A stretch of DNA of 57,057 nucleotides, the filler included, from Sphacelaria rigidula (Eukaryota): the NCBI GenBank assembly GCA_964200075.2. It is 6 parts of 6 records of this genome, joined end to end, with 100 filler letters (N's around TTAATTAATTAA, not from the genome) between each part and the next. Parts side by side here need not be neighbours in the genome. Positions count along the whole stretch, not along the records: positions 28,582 to 38,007 come from CAXNAA020008528.1; positions 38,108 to 47,532 come from CAXNAA020008529.1; 4 more parts are not named here. One strand, 5' to 3'. Made by a program: the position numbers and the translations under genes. Below the pieces are notes generated by a model. The model ran no database searches and was not told where the DNA came from. It worked only from the letters and a program-made list of their open reading frames with translations. Shown here in pieces: positions 35,841 through 47,532 of this stretch (position 1 is its first letter; each line of letters starts with the position of its first letter).

Positions 35841-36925
35841 GGGGGGGGGTGTACTCATGATCATGCATGCCTTGGTCGTTTGACCACTGACCAGGCATCC
35901 CTTTTGAGACGGAGCACCGTTCCTCCTCCTAGTAGAGACAGCTCCAACATTTCGACGCTTATTACGTTTCTTCCACACATTACACAGAAACCCTGCGCAT
36001 ACCTTATTCCCGTCCTGTTTCGCCGTCTGTGGCCATCATCTCTCTCCTAGTATAGCCATCGCTTTCTCCCTACTGTCCAATGCATCAAACGATTTCATGC
36101 CACCTTCGTTCACGTCCCGCATTTCCCCCTCTAGCACGTCCCGTTCCTCCTTGTATAGTTCACATTCTGCCACTATATGACTTCTGCTCTCTATTGCTTT
36201 GCCACAGGGTCAGGTGTTCTGTGCATCTACTTCTTCCTCCACTTGACTACTGGTACGTCTCTTTCTTCTTTCTGGCAGGTCCAGGTCCCCCAACCGAAAT
36301 CGTTGTTTCAATTTTTTCGCCGCGTCCATTGGACCATGCAGATAGGTTTGATCCCTATCCCCCGTCTCAACCCCCCGTATATCTCCAGGTGTTCTTCCTC
36401 GTCTGCTTCGCGTCTGAGCGTTTCTTTTCCCCTTATTTCCATCATGTCGCTTACTTTTGTCTTGTATCCCGCGCCTTCACCATTGGACATTATCTCGTGT
36501 TGGTTTCGTCCTATATCCTCCCATACTTCGTCGACGTCTTTATCCCACCTAGTTTCAGCCTGCCCTTTGGTCATTTTCTTCCATACAGCCCGATCAACTA
36601 TGGTTGGCAATCTCTTTCTCTGAATGTTCTTTACGCAATTTTGCCGTTCCAATGTTCTCATTTCTTTTGGTTTGTTTCAAGTGGGTGCATTCCCACTTCT
36701 ACTCTCAATGCTGTATTACACGTCGTTTTCGAACATCCAAATATTTGTGAGCTGCTGCCATCTGTACTGTTTCCAACTTCTTCACGAACTTGACGTTCCC
36801 CTCCCATACTTCTCCCGCATATTCCAGCTTTGGTACAACCACGTTCATCAGGATAAACATCTACATCCTAGTATCTACGTGCGAGTCTCAGAGGATCACG
36901 TCCATCCTGCCTATCTGTGCCTTAC
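35841..36925 (-). mobile_element. 5'-truncated non-LTR retrotransposon (LINE) remnant: decayed post-RT C-terminal region, ending in oligo(C)
   Basis: The minus strand encodes ILMNVVVPKLEYAGEVWEGN..., RLPTIVDRAVW...HLEIYGGL..., a Cys/His zinc-knuckle-like segment near 36160-36215, then WKKRN...NGAPSQKGCLVSGQTTKACMIMST followed directly by C9. Confidence 0.8.
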
Positions 36926-38007
36926 AGCTGTGGGCAATGGCCCAGAAAAGGTATATCTTACTCGTATTTTTGCCTAAGGAAGGTACGAAAAATGGCCAGA
37001 AACCCGAAAACAGCCAAGCACGCCAGGTTGACCGTTTTTGCTCCGAATTTTACTGTATCCGTTGCTTGGACTCCAACCCAACCCAATCCATACCGAGGAC
37101 TCTCGGGCAAGTGCGGTACATAGCATTCCTTTGGCGAAGTGTGGTCTTGGTAGACCCGAAATCGGCGCCTGTGGCGCCGATTATCAACGAAAACGCATTT
37201 TCCGCACGTGAGGGAGGAGCACACAGGACTGTCAGCCCTACTAAAGATCCGATTCTCGTTGTACACACTCAAATCAAGTAATATTAACCATGGACATTTG
37301 TAGCCCAACACCGGTCAACACACCCATCGCGTCTATCGGCACGGTGCATAGCAAGTACTAACGGCCAGCGAGAAGTTGGGATTGTGTCCGCAGGAGATGC
37401 GCGAATGATTCAAATCTGCAAAGAAAGACAGGACTACTGTACAGTTTGGTATTTCGTTTGATTATAGAACTTGTCGGATCGCAGTGCTACGTGAATTCAA
37501 AGACGCGCGCTGATTTGACGCTATCACTGTCCTGTCCCTATTTATATATTATGCGTGACGGCCAGTACTGTATCCGTTGCTTGGACCAACCATTGATGGA
37601 TGATGCGACAACCGCCCGTTGGTGGCGGAAGAACCTAGCATGACCCTGACACCAGAGATCGCAACAGTACGGTGTTCCACAACCCACGGGATCGCAAAAG
37701 ACCGATGCGCTGTGAGGTGTGAGTCCAGTTATTGTGTCGATGCGGAGAGACTCGGGAACCATTTCCGGGGAGAAGGGGGTTTCGTTTTGGCGCCCGTGAA
37801 CGGCAAATGAGCGGGAAAAGACCCGAATGTGTGGGCGCCATGGTTGGAGTTGGCGCGTAGTTGCGCGCGATATGCCGCATCAGGTACAGCATAGAGAGCG
37901 ATGGTCTAGCACAGGTACGTTCTCGGCCGATCGGTGTCTCAGACAAGGTACGATTGAAAAATAGTCCCTAGATCAGGTATACCTGGGCGAAATTTGGCCT
38001 ACAAAAG

Positions 38008-38107
38008 NNNNNNNNNNNNNNNNNNNNNNNNNNNNNNNNNNNNNNNNNNNNTTAATTAATTAANNNNNNNNNNNNNNNNNNNNNNNNNNNNNNNNNNNNN
38101 NNNNNNN
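38008..38107. other. Artificial scaffold linker
   Basis: N44-TTAATTAATTAA-N44. Confidence 0.98.
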
Positions 38108-38355
38108 GGGGCGGGGGGGGGCGGGCGGGCGGTGGGGGGGGGGGGGGGGGGGGGGGGGGGGGTGGGGGGGGGACTTATTTATTGCTTGTCTTAATCCTAT
38201 TCTTGCACTCTGTGACCACGGGTTCGGGAGATCTAGCTAATGTGACGAACATGATAACAGTAAGTCATTTGATCACTGACCATGCATACCTTCCGAGACG
38301 GAGCACCGTCCCTTCTCGTAATAGAGACATCTCCAAGATTTGTTTTGGGCGCTCG
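38108..38355 (-). mobile_element. LINE 3'-end fragment with a ~65-nt G-rich tract (C-rich tail on the element strand), interrupted by about 60 bp
   Basis: A G tract, then ACTTATTTATTGCTTGTCTTAATC (compare 13999-14021), then GTCATTTGATCACTGACCATGCATACCTTCCGAGACGGAGCACCGTCCCTTCTCGTAATAGAGACA (compare 35875-35940). Confidence 0.7.
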
Positions 38356-38400
38356 CTATATATATATAATGACACAAAAACATTCTCCGAAACAGGACCA

Positions 38401-38760
38401 GGGGGAGGGATGTACTCAAGATCATGCATGCTGTCGTCATATGACTGTTGACTTCGCATCACTACGAAGCCGGGACAGAGCACGTCGGATTTCTGCCGGA
38501 CCAGGCTCGCTCTCAATCACCAAGCACGAAGCGCCGTTATGTGCTCGGCGAGTATTATGAACGGTGAGCTGCATCTTGCCAAGATTGTTCGGTCCGAAGC
38601 CCACGTAATATCTTGCATTTGGATGACAGCCTCCAATGAGTTGCTTCATCTTCTGGTATCGCCACTTCCAGAGACAGCCACATCTTGCACACTGCCTCAT
38701 ACAGGCTGGGCCGCCCAAGAAGCGGACTTTCCTTCAGCCGCTTCTAACTGACGATCTGTC
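38401..38760 (-). mobile_element. LINE subfamily B 3' fragment (other pieces at 9359-9428 and 17790-17918); 5' boundary uncertain
   Basis: GGGGGAGGGATGTACTCAAGATCATGCATGC... then GCCGGACCAGGCTCGCTCTCAATCACCAAGCACGAAGCGCCGT, shared with 9386-9428. Confidence 0.7.
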
Positions 38761-39265
38761 GCGAGTTGTGCCTGCTATGACACATCGTGGTAATCTGCAA
38801 ACCAACGCGCGTCTTTCACTTCACGTAGCACTGCGATCCGACAAGTTCTCATCAAACGAAATACCAAACTGCAGTCAGCTGTCAAGTGTAGAGAACTGAG
38901 GGTGGCATGTGCGGCGGAATTAGGGGGGGGAAACGTCTTCGCACACACGTCCTGAACATTGTGTCAAAATTTCATATAAAACGACCCCAAATTGAGCTGC
39001 TCAATCGCGTGTTCACATCCCTGTCCGCGTCTTGGGCGGCCCAGCCCGTAGGTGTCTCACCATGGGGGGGGCAGAACAAAAAGAAAACGCTAGGCCAATA
39101 TCTAAATCCGGTCCCGGAATTATGTGTGTGTGTGTGTGTTTGCGTGTTGTGAGTCCATATATTCTGGACGCCAGTCTCTACCTCTCGGTATATATGCACA
39201 GCGCGAGATAATCAATCAATCAATGCACGCATCAGCTGATGTGGGATTTTTTTGCCACACAGAGC

Positions 39266-39525
39266 CCAACAGTGGAGAGCGACTATGTCGTGGGAACACA
39301 AAATTCAACTTGATAGTAGACGAGGGAGGGGAAGGGACTGCTGAACCCCTCTCGCGATAAAAAATAAGAGGCAAGCACCGCAGAAGGAAGGCGGAGAAGT
39401 AAATAGAACAAAAGAAAAGGAAAAAACTCCTGTTTTGGCCTCCCTCCTGTGTGACCCCGGCTGGTGCGCCAACATATACCGAAAGGTGCAGACCGCCGTC
39501 CGGGATAGTTGGGACGACAACTCAT
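39266..39525 (+). mobile_element. 5'-truncated tRNA-SINE copy
   Basis: CAACAGTGGAGAGCGACT...AAGGGACTGCTGAACCCCTCTCG...CTCCTGTGTGACCCCGGCTGGT...GGGACGACAAC. Confidence 0.85.
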
Positions 39526-39534
39526 TCACTCAAA

Positions 39535-39850
39535 ATCAGCCGACGTCACACAGGAGGGGAGATCAAGACGGGAGTTTCACCAGTTTTCCCCTCGTTTTAG
39601 ATCTCCAACCTCCTTCTGCGGTGCTCGCCTTTCTTTGAATCGCGAGCAGGATTCAGCGCTCCCTTTCCCTCGTCGACCTCGAAGTCGAATGTTACGTACT
39701 CACGGCATGGTTCGCTGTCCACTGTCTGTTGAGCATGAGCATGATTATGTGTGGAGAAGATCGTCTGACTTCACCGAGATATGAACCGACCTCATAACCG
39801 TCAGGATGTTTTGAGGCTACTCACCAACTGAGCCACCGGGGCAGTCGGTC
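39535..39850 (-). mobile_element. Diverged tRNA-SINE copy, inverted, head retained
   Basis: CCAACTGAGCCACCGGGGC (revcomp of the A box) at 39824-39842; body CCTTCTGCGGTGCTCGCC...TCCCTTTCCCTCGTCGACC. Confidence 0.8.
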
Positions 39851-40000
39851 GTTGAACAAAAACAAGGTAAAAAAAAACATGCGGCAGGCCTCTGCCGCTG
39901 TGTTCTAGGTGAGAAGACCGCTCAACAACAACAATAACAAAATAATACAACAAAAACAACGCGTGTTTGCCCAGTATGTTCATTAACATGAAGATTCCAG

Positions 40001-40155
40001 CACACCCAGGAGTATGACGATAGAATGCACTGTCAAGTTGTGTACTGCGTCCAGTATGAGATCTCTTGTCTATTGCAATTGACGCAATAGTCGATACTAC
40101 TGTACGCACTACTTTTTATTGACACTGTAGTCTATTGCCAGTTATTCAGGGTGCA
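40001..40155. mobile_element. MITE of the CACACCCTGGACAA family (8-bp TSD, 7/8); more decayed copies at 40443-40583 and 13224-13340
   Basis: CACACCCAGGAG ... TTCAGGGTGCA flanked by GATTCCAG / CATTCCAG; internal GTGTACTGCGT...CTATTGCAAT...ACTGTACGCA core. Confidence 0.75.
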
Positions 40156-41065
40156 CATTCCAGCCGCTCAGGAACAAAGCCAAGCATCCTCTCCCTCGAG
40201 ATAGCCAAAGCCTCTCTTACGCTGCACTGTGGCGGTAAGAGTAAATTCTCAATTCTCAAATTTTTGCCGTGCAGACACTCATGCCTTCTACCAACGGCTC
40301 CACTGCGGAGTACGACATGGTAGTTGAAGTCATTTTCCACAACAGTCAATGAGTGTGTCCATGACGTACGTAGAGACAAAATATATATATGCCAATGAAC
40401 ACGGACGTTTGTGGTTGTTACATTTCAACTCCGAAAAATCGACACACTAGACATGAGATTACTTTGCCAAAAAGTGTACTGCGTACAGTATAGACTGTGA
40501 GGCCTATTGCAATATATGATAGGTTCCACTCTGTACGCAGTACACTTTTTGACGGTGTAATCTACAACAGTGTCCACGGTGTGGTAAATTCACAAAAATG
40601 ATCCATTTCCCCTCAAGTTGGAAAAAACAAACAAAAAATTGCCAGAACAAAAGTCTCCGCAGTCAAAGATTGACTGTTTCAAAGTGCGTGTCATGTCATG
40701 CAATGTTGCATCCATCCGTACAACAATAAAAGAAATACGCCCAACTTCCTATATACAAAAACGAGCGTCACAGCAACAACGGGGAGGTTCATGCGGAGTG
40801 CCCCTCGCAAGCACTCCGCCTCTACGTGCGCGTGCGTTTCTTTGCCCGAATTCTCCAACGTACGCGAATAACGCATTCACGACTTCTGTAAAATAATTTA
40901 TTCTCATCATTTCATCATGTTCCATCATTTTTCGTTTCGTCCGAATTGCGAGCGGCTGGATTTATCTACGCGCACGCTCGACACGCTTGACACGCTCGAC
41001 GAGCGCAGTTGCGACTCGCGTCTTTTCTTGTTCCTCAACTTGTTTCGTCACAGTTCACATTGTAA

Positions 41066-41430
41066 TGTGTGTGTGTTGTCGTCCCATTTATTTTGGGCGC
41101 CAGTTTACCCCTTTCGGGATATGTGGGCGCATCAACCGGGGTCACACAGGAGGGAGGTCAACACAGGAGGGAAGTCAACACGGGAGCTTTTTCGTTTTTA
41201 TTTGTTTTTAGTACCCCACCTTCCTTCTGCGGTGCTTGCCTTTTTATTTTTTATCGGTTCAGCAGTCCCTTTCCCTCGTCGACCGTTAAGTCAAATTTTG
41301 TGTACCCACGACATAGTCGCTCTCCACTGTTGAGCATGAGAAAGAATTCCAGATCGCTCCGGGAATCGAACCCCACTACTCGACCGTCATAAGGTTGCGG
41401 GGTTACCAACTGAGCCACCGGGGCGACCGG
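41066..41430 (-). mobile_element. Full-length tRNA-derived SINE
   Basis: Revcomp head CCGGTCGCCCCGGTGGCTCAGTTGGTAACC...GGGGTTCGATTCCCGGAGCGATC has canonical A and B boxes; (CA)n tail; decayed TSD-like flanks TCACATTGTAATGT / TCACAGTGCAACGT. Confidence 0.9.
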
Positions 41431-42264
41431 TCACAGTGCAACGTTCAGACATGACCGACCCCCAGTATAGAGGTGGTGTCGTGGAAACGTACAGCACAAA
41501 GCGCAGGATGAGATATGCCGTAAGATCACAGTCTAGAAAGTGACAGTCTGTATCGGATATGCCAAAGTAACGGCCCCCGCCTACGCTGCACGAAGAGTAT
41601 GTATAACGGCGGGGTACATGACATCCTCGTCGCCGTTATGGAATGATCAAACCGCAGTTTGGTGCCGTATAAACGCGTACGACAAAGTACAGTGGCATGC
41701 ACGGCATGAGTTAACCCTTGACATAGGCTGAAGATATCATGACCGCACGCAGCACAGAGGAGTAGGTGAACACATCCCCACAGGGCATGACGGTGACTGT
41801 CTGCGAATATAGACAGTAGACGGGGGCATAAGTGAGGTCAATGTGCCATCGGTTTCGCCTTTGTTATTTCAACTTAGGCGCAAGCTTGCTATGATGCGGT
41901 GCAAAGCATCTACTGCATGTGCGGCGTGAATATTGCTTCACGAAGAGTCAGCCGTGTATTCTGGCCGGGGTTACAAAACATCGACGGGTCGAACAATTTG
42001 TCATACCCGTAAAATAGAGAACCTTCGAACCTTCTTTTCTTCCACGTTCTATTCGCACGGGTCTGAAAAACACACTTTGGGCGAATTGTTTACTCAAAAG
42101 CTGTAGAAAAACAACCACTTCTTGCCCGAAAAAACGTCAAATGTAAATCGTCAATATTTCATCAACGGTTCCAAAAGGGTCAGGCGTTTTCGGCATGTGG
42201 TCATACATCTTTCAATGGCCCTCTTAGAACTTCCCACCATACTAATTCCAATACAATTCCAATC

Positions 42265-42714
42265 TGCATATTGAAAATCAATATGTATATTGCTACATCA
42301 ATATGTATTGTGACCGTCGGTTCCCTCGTGTATTGTCCGCTCAATATATATTGGACGCATTGATGCACGACATATTGGGGCGGCAATATATGTTGGTGCT
42401 TCGGGTGTCGAGTATATTGAATTATCTATATATATTGACCTCGTGTGGCAGCCAGTATATTACTCGACAAATATATATTGGCGCCTTTTCGCACCAACAT
42501 ATTACTCGGCCAACATATATTGAGGTGGCGCGTGTCGTGATATATTGTTCGGTCGATATATATTGCATGTGGCGAGCCTTGACATATTGATGGCACAATA
42601 TATATTGACCCTCTCTAATGCCATCATATTGCTCGCCCAATACATCCTGACCACCCGACGCGTCGACATACTGTGCGGGCAACATATATTACATATTGCG
42701 TTGTCCAGGGTGTG
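42265..42714. repeat. Degenerate (CAATAT/ATATTG) minisatellite array ending in the CACACCCTGGACAA-family TIR
   Basis: More than 15 TATTG motifs at about 20-bp spacing, ending TTGTCCAGGGTGTG at 42701-42714. Confidence 0.7.
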
Positions 42715-44683
42715 GAACAGTTTCACGGGCTGACAGTCCTGGGACATCCGGGGGGTTCCAGGGAGCGGAGGGGTGATTTTCGACAGGAGGATGGGGGCCT
42801 GTAAGCAGAACACCCCAAAAGCTCCAAGCTCACCAAGTCAACCATGTTTGTTCGGAAGTTTCCCACGGAAAATTATAAGCCGGGAACGCGGTCTGAGGGG
42901 AGCGGGGAACGATTCTGACTAATCACGGGTATCAAAATGGTCATTTTGTTGTCCTACAGGTGGAGTACACGCGGGCCACTTCGCTGTCTAGCGGTATTTA
43001 TCATTCCGGTCATGATAACTCAACCATATATTGCATGGGCACAAACAGCGTGACTTGAACTCTGCTCGTGGTCTGTGCCGCCTGCCTGATCCCTCATGTG
43101 TTGCAAGCATAGGTTCACACTGTCTGTAGTGCTGTTGTGGAACAGTGAGCGGGATATCAGCAGTATGCAGTAAGTTGTGTTTAGTGGAGAGGGATGGCAT
43201 GCTGACCGTTTCCTGCCGTTGTATCCTGCGAAGACATACAGCACACATTATGACACTGCATGCAGTAGATAGCAAGGTCAAACCGGTCAGGGGTTCTCCG
43301 GGGTATTTTTTCATGTATATGCCCAACATCTGCATGATAATGAAAATGGCGTTATGTGTAGCGAGAAACGAGCCTGAACCCCAAATGTGGCGAAGTCCAT
43401 CTCAGTTCACCTGCGGGGGGGTCGCCATCTGAGGGTTGACGACGGAACCAGGTTCTGATAACAAAAAGAGGATCTATGCGGATTCGACACTCGTGACCTC
43501 CATAAATGGCGTCTTCTGTAACACTTGCACACGTCTGACAGATCACTATCTGTGTTACCCCGGTCATACAGGTGGAGTGTGAAGACAAATGTGTACACGA
43601 TTCGATAGGCAATGTGCGACCAGCTATGAAACGGTCCTCGTGTTCCGGGTATCATCGATCACGAGGGACGTATCTCGTACGAGTTGCGAGGGTACACAGG
43701 GTATTGTTGGCGTTTCGAGTACGCCTGATTCGGATTACACAGGTGCGTCTAAGCAGGTGATGCACGGAAAAACAAAGTATACAAACCAACCATGGAAACC
43801 CTGGTACGACTACACGGGTCATACAGATTACCATCGACTTATACGAATCACAGGGTCATACGGATCGTTCTTCAGGCCATGTGTACAGTGCAACTGGGTT
43901 CTTCAGGTCACCAGCCGAGAAACGTGTATATGTTGAACGGGTCATACGAATGCAGATCAATCGCAGATCGCGGAGGCCATACGGCTGATCGTCGGGCAGG
44001 CTTACGGGGGCCATGCGTGCTTCATCAACGCCGGCAATGTACGCGTCGATGACTTTCTCCCGCAACATTTTGTCAGACAATGGCCGAACAGGGTCATGAT
44101 GAGTCAATCGAGCATATACGAATAGCTGCATCTTGCTTTTTCCTTTTCCCGCGGCGCATGAAAGCGCTCCCTGGACGAAATAATACGAAAATAGTCGTCC
44201 ATGCTGCCGCTGGCACAACTGAAGATACGTATTATCTACACAAATCGCAACCATTATTCGTCACCACTACTGCTACTGCTACCGGAGTGAACAAGTCCAA
44301 ATGATGTTCCGCCACGACGCTTGGCGCTAAGAGCACACGAAAAAAACACAATCAAGTGAAGTCGACGCTAATGCTCAGAGGCCGCTGCTGTAGTTACTAT
44401 TTGAGTGTGAACTGGGTGGGTGTTGCTACCAGCAAAGCGATGCCTGTTGTATGAGATGACGTCGCTCGTTAGGCTCATGATACATGCCGTTTCCAGACAT
44501 GCGAGCGGATCCAAGGTTCACAGTGATACTCGTACAATCCACCGATCAGTCCTGCGAATAGATATACTGCACGTACTTCATGTTCTGTGTAACCGGGCTC
44601 CTACAGCCAACCTACGGACTTGTGAACATGCACAGTGTGTACCCGGGCCATACAAATAAGCAGCTGAGGAATAATGAATAGTG

Positions 44684-46226
44684 CACAGGCACCGTAGGTG
44701 AGGTAGGTACCCGGTACCGGTATTTGGGGCATCTCATACCCTACCGATACCGGTCCAATCGGGTATTTTCAAACGTCATACCCATGATACTCACGATACC
44801 ACTGTATTTCGAGATTTCAGTACCTACCGTACCCGCTCGATCGGGTATTTTCAAAACTAATACCTACGATACCCACGAAACCATGGCATTTCGATATTTC
44901 TTTACCTACCGTACCCGCCCATTCGGGTATTTTCATATGTCGTACCTACGATACCTGCGATACCACGGTATTTCGAGATACCAATACCTACGGTACCCGC
45001 TGAATCAGGTATTTTCAAAGCCCATACCTACGATACCTACGATACCACTGTATTTCGAGATTTCAATACCTACCGTACCCGCTCAATCGGGTATTTTCAA
45101 AACTCATACCTACGATACCTACGCATACCACGGTATGGTACACCCCCGTATATACCGGGGGTATACCCGGTAATACCGGACGCTGTGCACTCCCCACGGT
45201 GGAGCAGCTGGTTCAACTTATTTTGCAAAGGCCAGAAGTCTATGGGACCCGGTACGTCTTGTTTTCACAGGCAATATATGCATGCCCCGATTCCCCCTGA
45301 TTTGCGTGTTTAGATCAATTTGAATGAACTCATTATTATGTAGTCCGAAGTGCAGTCGATTTTTTTTCCCGATCTGATAGGTCCACCGCATTTCTGTTCT
45401 TAGAAGGCTTCAGCTCCAGTTTGTAGTTGGTGGCGCGCGGAGAAAAACTGCAGAACAAAGAAGCTAGGCTTATTCGATCGAAAATATGCGGTCGAAAGGC
45501 ATGAAGCGGCACTTGACTCCTATCTTCACCACCACGCCAGATAACACCCGTTCACAGAACCATGCTAACTCCATCCAACTCACCATCAGTTACTATCCCA
45601 ACCCTGCAGCATCTAGTACGAGTTGAGCACAGGGGTAGGTACGCTGCAGTAGTTGGGTATGCTTTGTTTACTTGTTGTTGGCGAAAACTTGCGCATCTAT
45701 CGTTTTGCGAATTTTACTGTTTTTTTTCGAACGAAAGCTTGAAAATTCGATTGGACCCAACGCGACAAAAATGTGCGATTTTCGCTCAAATCCATTCCAC
45801 CGCTACATTTTTTCCTTTTTTTTTTGCCAAGACACGCCCTGAAACGCGTCTCCGCAACGCCGGATGACAGTTTTGAATTCGGTGTAGAGGGTAAAGCAGG
45901 TATCAGGTACTGGTATTTGGGACATCTCATGCAATATCGATACGGACTCAATCCGATATTTTCAAAACTCATACCGACGATACCCACGATATCACGGTAT
46001 TTCGATATATCAGTACCTACCGTACCTGCCTAATCGGCTATTTTCATATGTCGTACCTACCATACCTACCATACCACGATTTTTCGAGATTTCAATACCT
46101 ACCGCACACGCTCGATCAGGTATTTTCGAAACTCATACCTACGATACCCACACATACCACGGTATGGGATATCTCGGTAAATACCGGGGGTATCCTCGGT
46201 ACGGTACCTCACCTATGGTTCCTGTG
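44684..46226. mobile_element. Complete non-autonomous DNA transposon (1543 bp): 22-bp TIRs, perfect 8-bp TSD, two subterminal 82-bp tandem arrays
   Basis: TSD GAATAGTG at 44676-44683 and 46227-46234; TIR CACAGG(C/A)ACC(G/A)TAGGTGAGGTA; 82-bp units starting at 44760, 44842, 44924, 45006 and 45088, and again at about 45952-46165. Confidence 0.9.
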
Positions 46227-46395
46227 GAATAGTGTTTCTTGTACAATTGATCCGGATCTCAAGGGTGCGGGAAACTGTATTTTATATACAAGATTCGGAT
46301 TCCACGGGTAGAGGGGTAGCTTTTGGTGTACATGAAATTCAAATCGAGCGCGTCGACGAGAAGCGTTTGCCTAAGGCCGCTTCTCCCGGTTCGTA

Positions 46396-46831
46396 TTTTG
46401 TTTGGCTCGTATTTTCCCCTTTTAGGACATTTGACAAGGTTTTTGACCCCCAAACAGGGAAAATCGCCACCAAACGCCTTAGACACGTTGTATCACCCTA
46501 CCGAGAGGAGTCTAGCCCACTTTTCTGATTCGCTTGGGCCAAAGATTTCGAGAGCGGCCTCTGGAGAAAAATACGAGGAAAACATGTAGTGCACAGTCTG
46601 TAGGTATTTTCAAGCTGAAATACATACAGACTGTGCACTATATGTTTTCCTCGTCTTTTTGTCCAGAGGCCGCTCTCGAAATCTCTGACCCTAGCGAATC
46701 GGAAAAGTGGGCTAGGCTCCTCTCGGTCGGGTGATACAAGGTGTCCAAGACGTGTGGTGGCGATTTTCCCTGTTCGGGGGTCAAAAACCTTGTCCAATGT
46801 CCTAAAAGTGGGAAATACGAGCCAAACAAAA
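46396..46831. repeat. Foldback palindrome, ~215-bp arms, 3-nt loop at 46613-46615
   Basis: TTTTGTTTGGCTCGTATTT...TAGTGCACAGTCTGTAGGTATTTTCA-AGC-TGAAATACATACAGACTGTGCACTA...AAATACGAGCCAAACAAAA. Confidence 0.92.
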
Positions 46832-47532
46832 ATTTTCCCTCGTATTTCGCAACATATCATGAGAAAAAAATACCGCTGGGAAAATACTATGAGAGATGTT
46901 GACCCTAGCTTACGGTTGCAGATATATTTTTGAAGGGGGTGGGTACCAAAAGGGTGGGGGGATATCAAAAGGAAACGGTCAGCGGAAACCGAGGGGATGT
47001 GCAGGCCAAGGCGAGGTACAGAGACCTGAAGACTTTGCCATGCCAAGCTCCCTGTGTTTATGTAAAAAGCCCTGAAGCGTAGACCTCCCCCGATCGCTGC
47101 TGGCCCAGCTCGCACTGTATGCAACCTGCCATCTTCAATCTATACTGCCATATCACGTACGCAGCAGTACGGACTAAAGTACTGTACTGTCTACTACTGT
47201 CTGTACTGCACTCCTCCACACCAATTCTAGTGCAGCCGTTGTATATTACCGTCTCCAACCTGGCATGTGCGCATGTATACTACCGTATGCGGCAGGCAGA
47301 ACAGGCACTATTTTACCGCTTAGTTCTGTCTGTACTGCACGTTGCCCACATCATCATTAGTACAGCCGTTGTACTACTGGCAAACTAACCTTTTCATCCT
47401 ACTGTACTGTTGTACAGTTGGATCCGGCAGTACAACCCACGTAGTCTCTGCACAGCACGCCGCCCAAATAATTTTCGGCAGCCGTCGGGTGCAGCATGGC
47501 ATGTGTGTGTGTTGTGTTGTCGTCCCATCTAT

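Noticed and set aside
36080-36793. 237-aa hydrophobic plus-strand ORF
   Set aside because: Antisense to the purine-rich LINE remnant; a compositional artefact.
41350-41430. tRNA-like sequence (also 14221-14300)
   Set aside because: A and B boxes are present but no convincing cloverleaf, and it is attached to a repeated body and tail: a SINE head, not a tRNA gene.
43400-44100. Recurring GGGTCATAC(A/G)GAT motifs
   Set aside because: Probably a decayed repeat, but no boundaries, period or second copy could be established.
44760-45130. Regular array considered as a CRISPR
   Set aside because: Whole 82-bp units are similar, there are no unique spacers or cas genes, and the array lies inside a TIR/TSD element.
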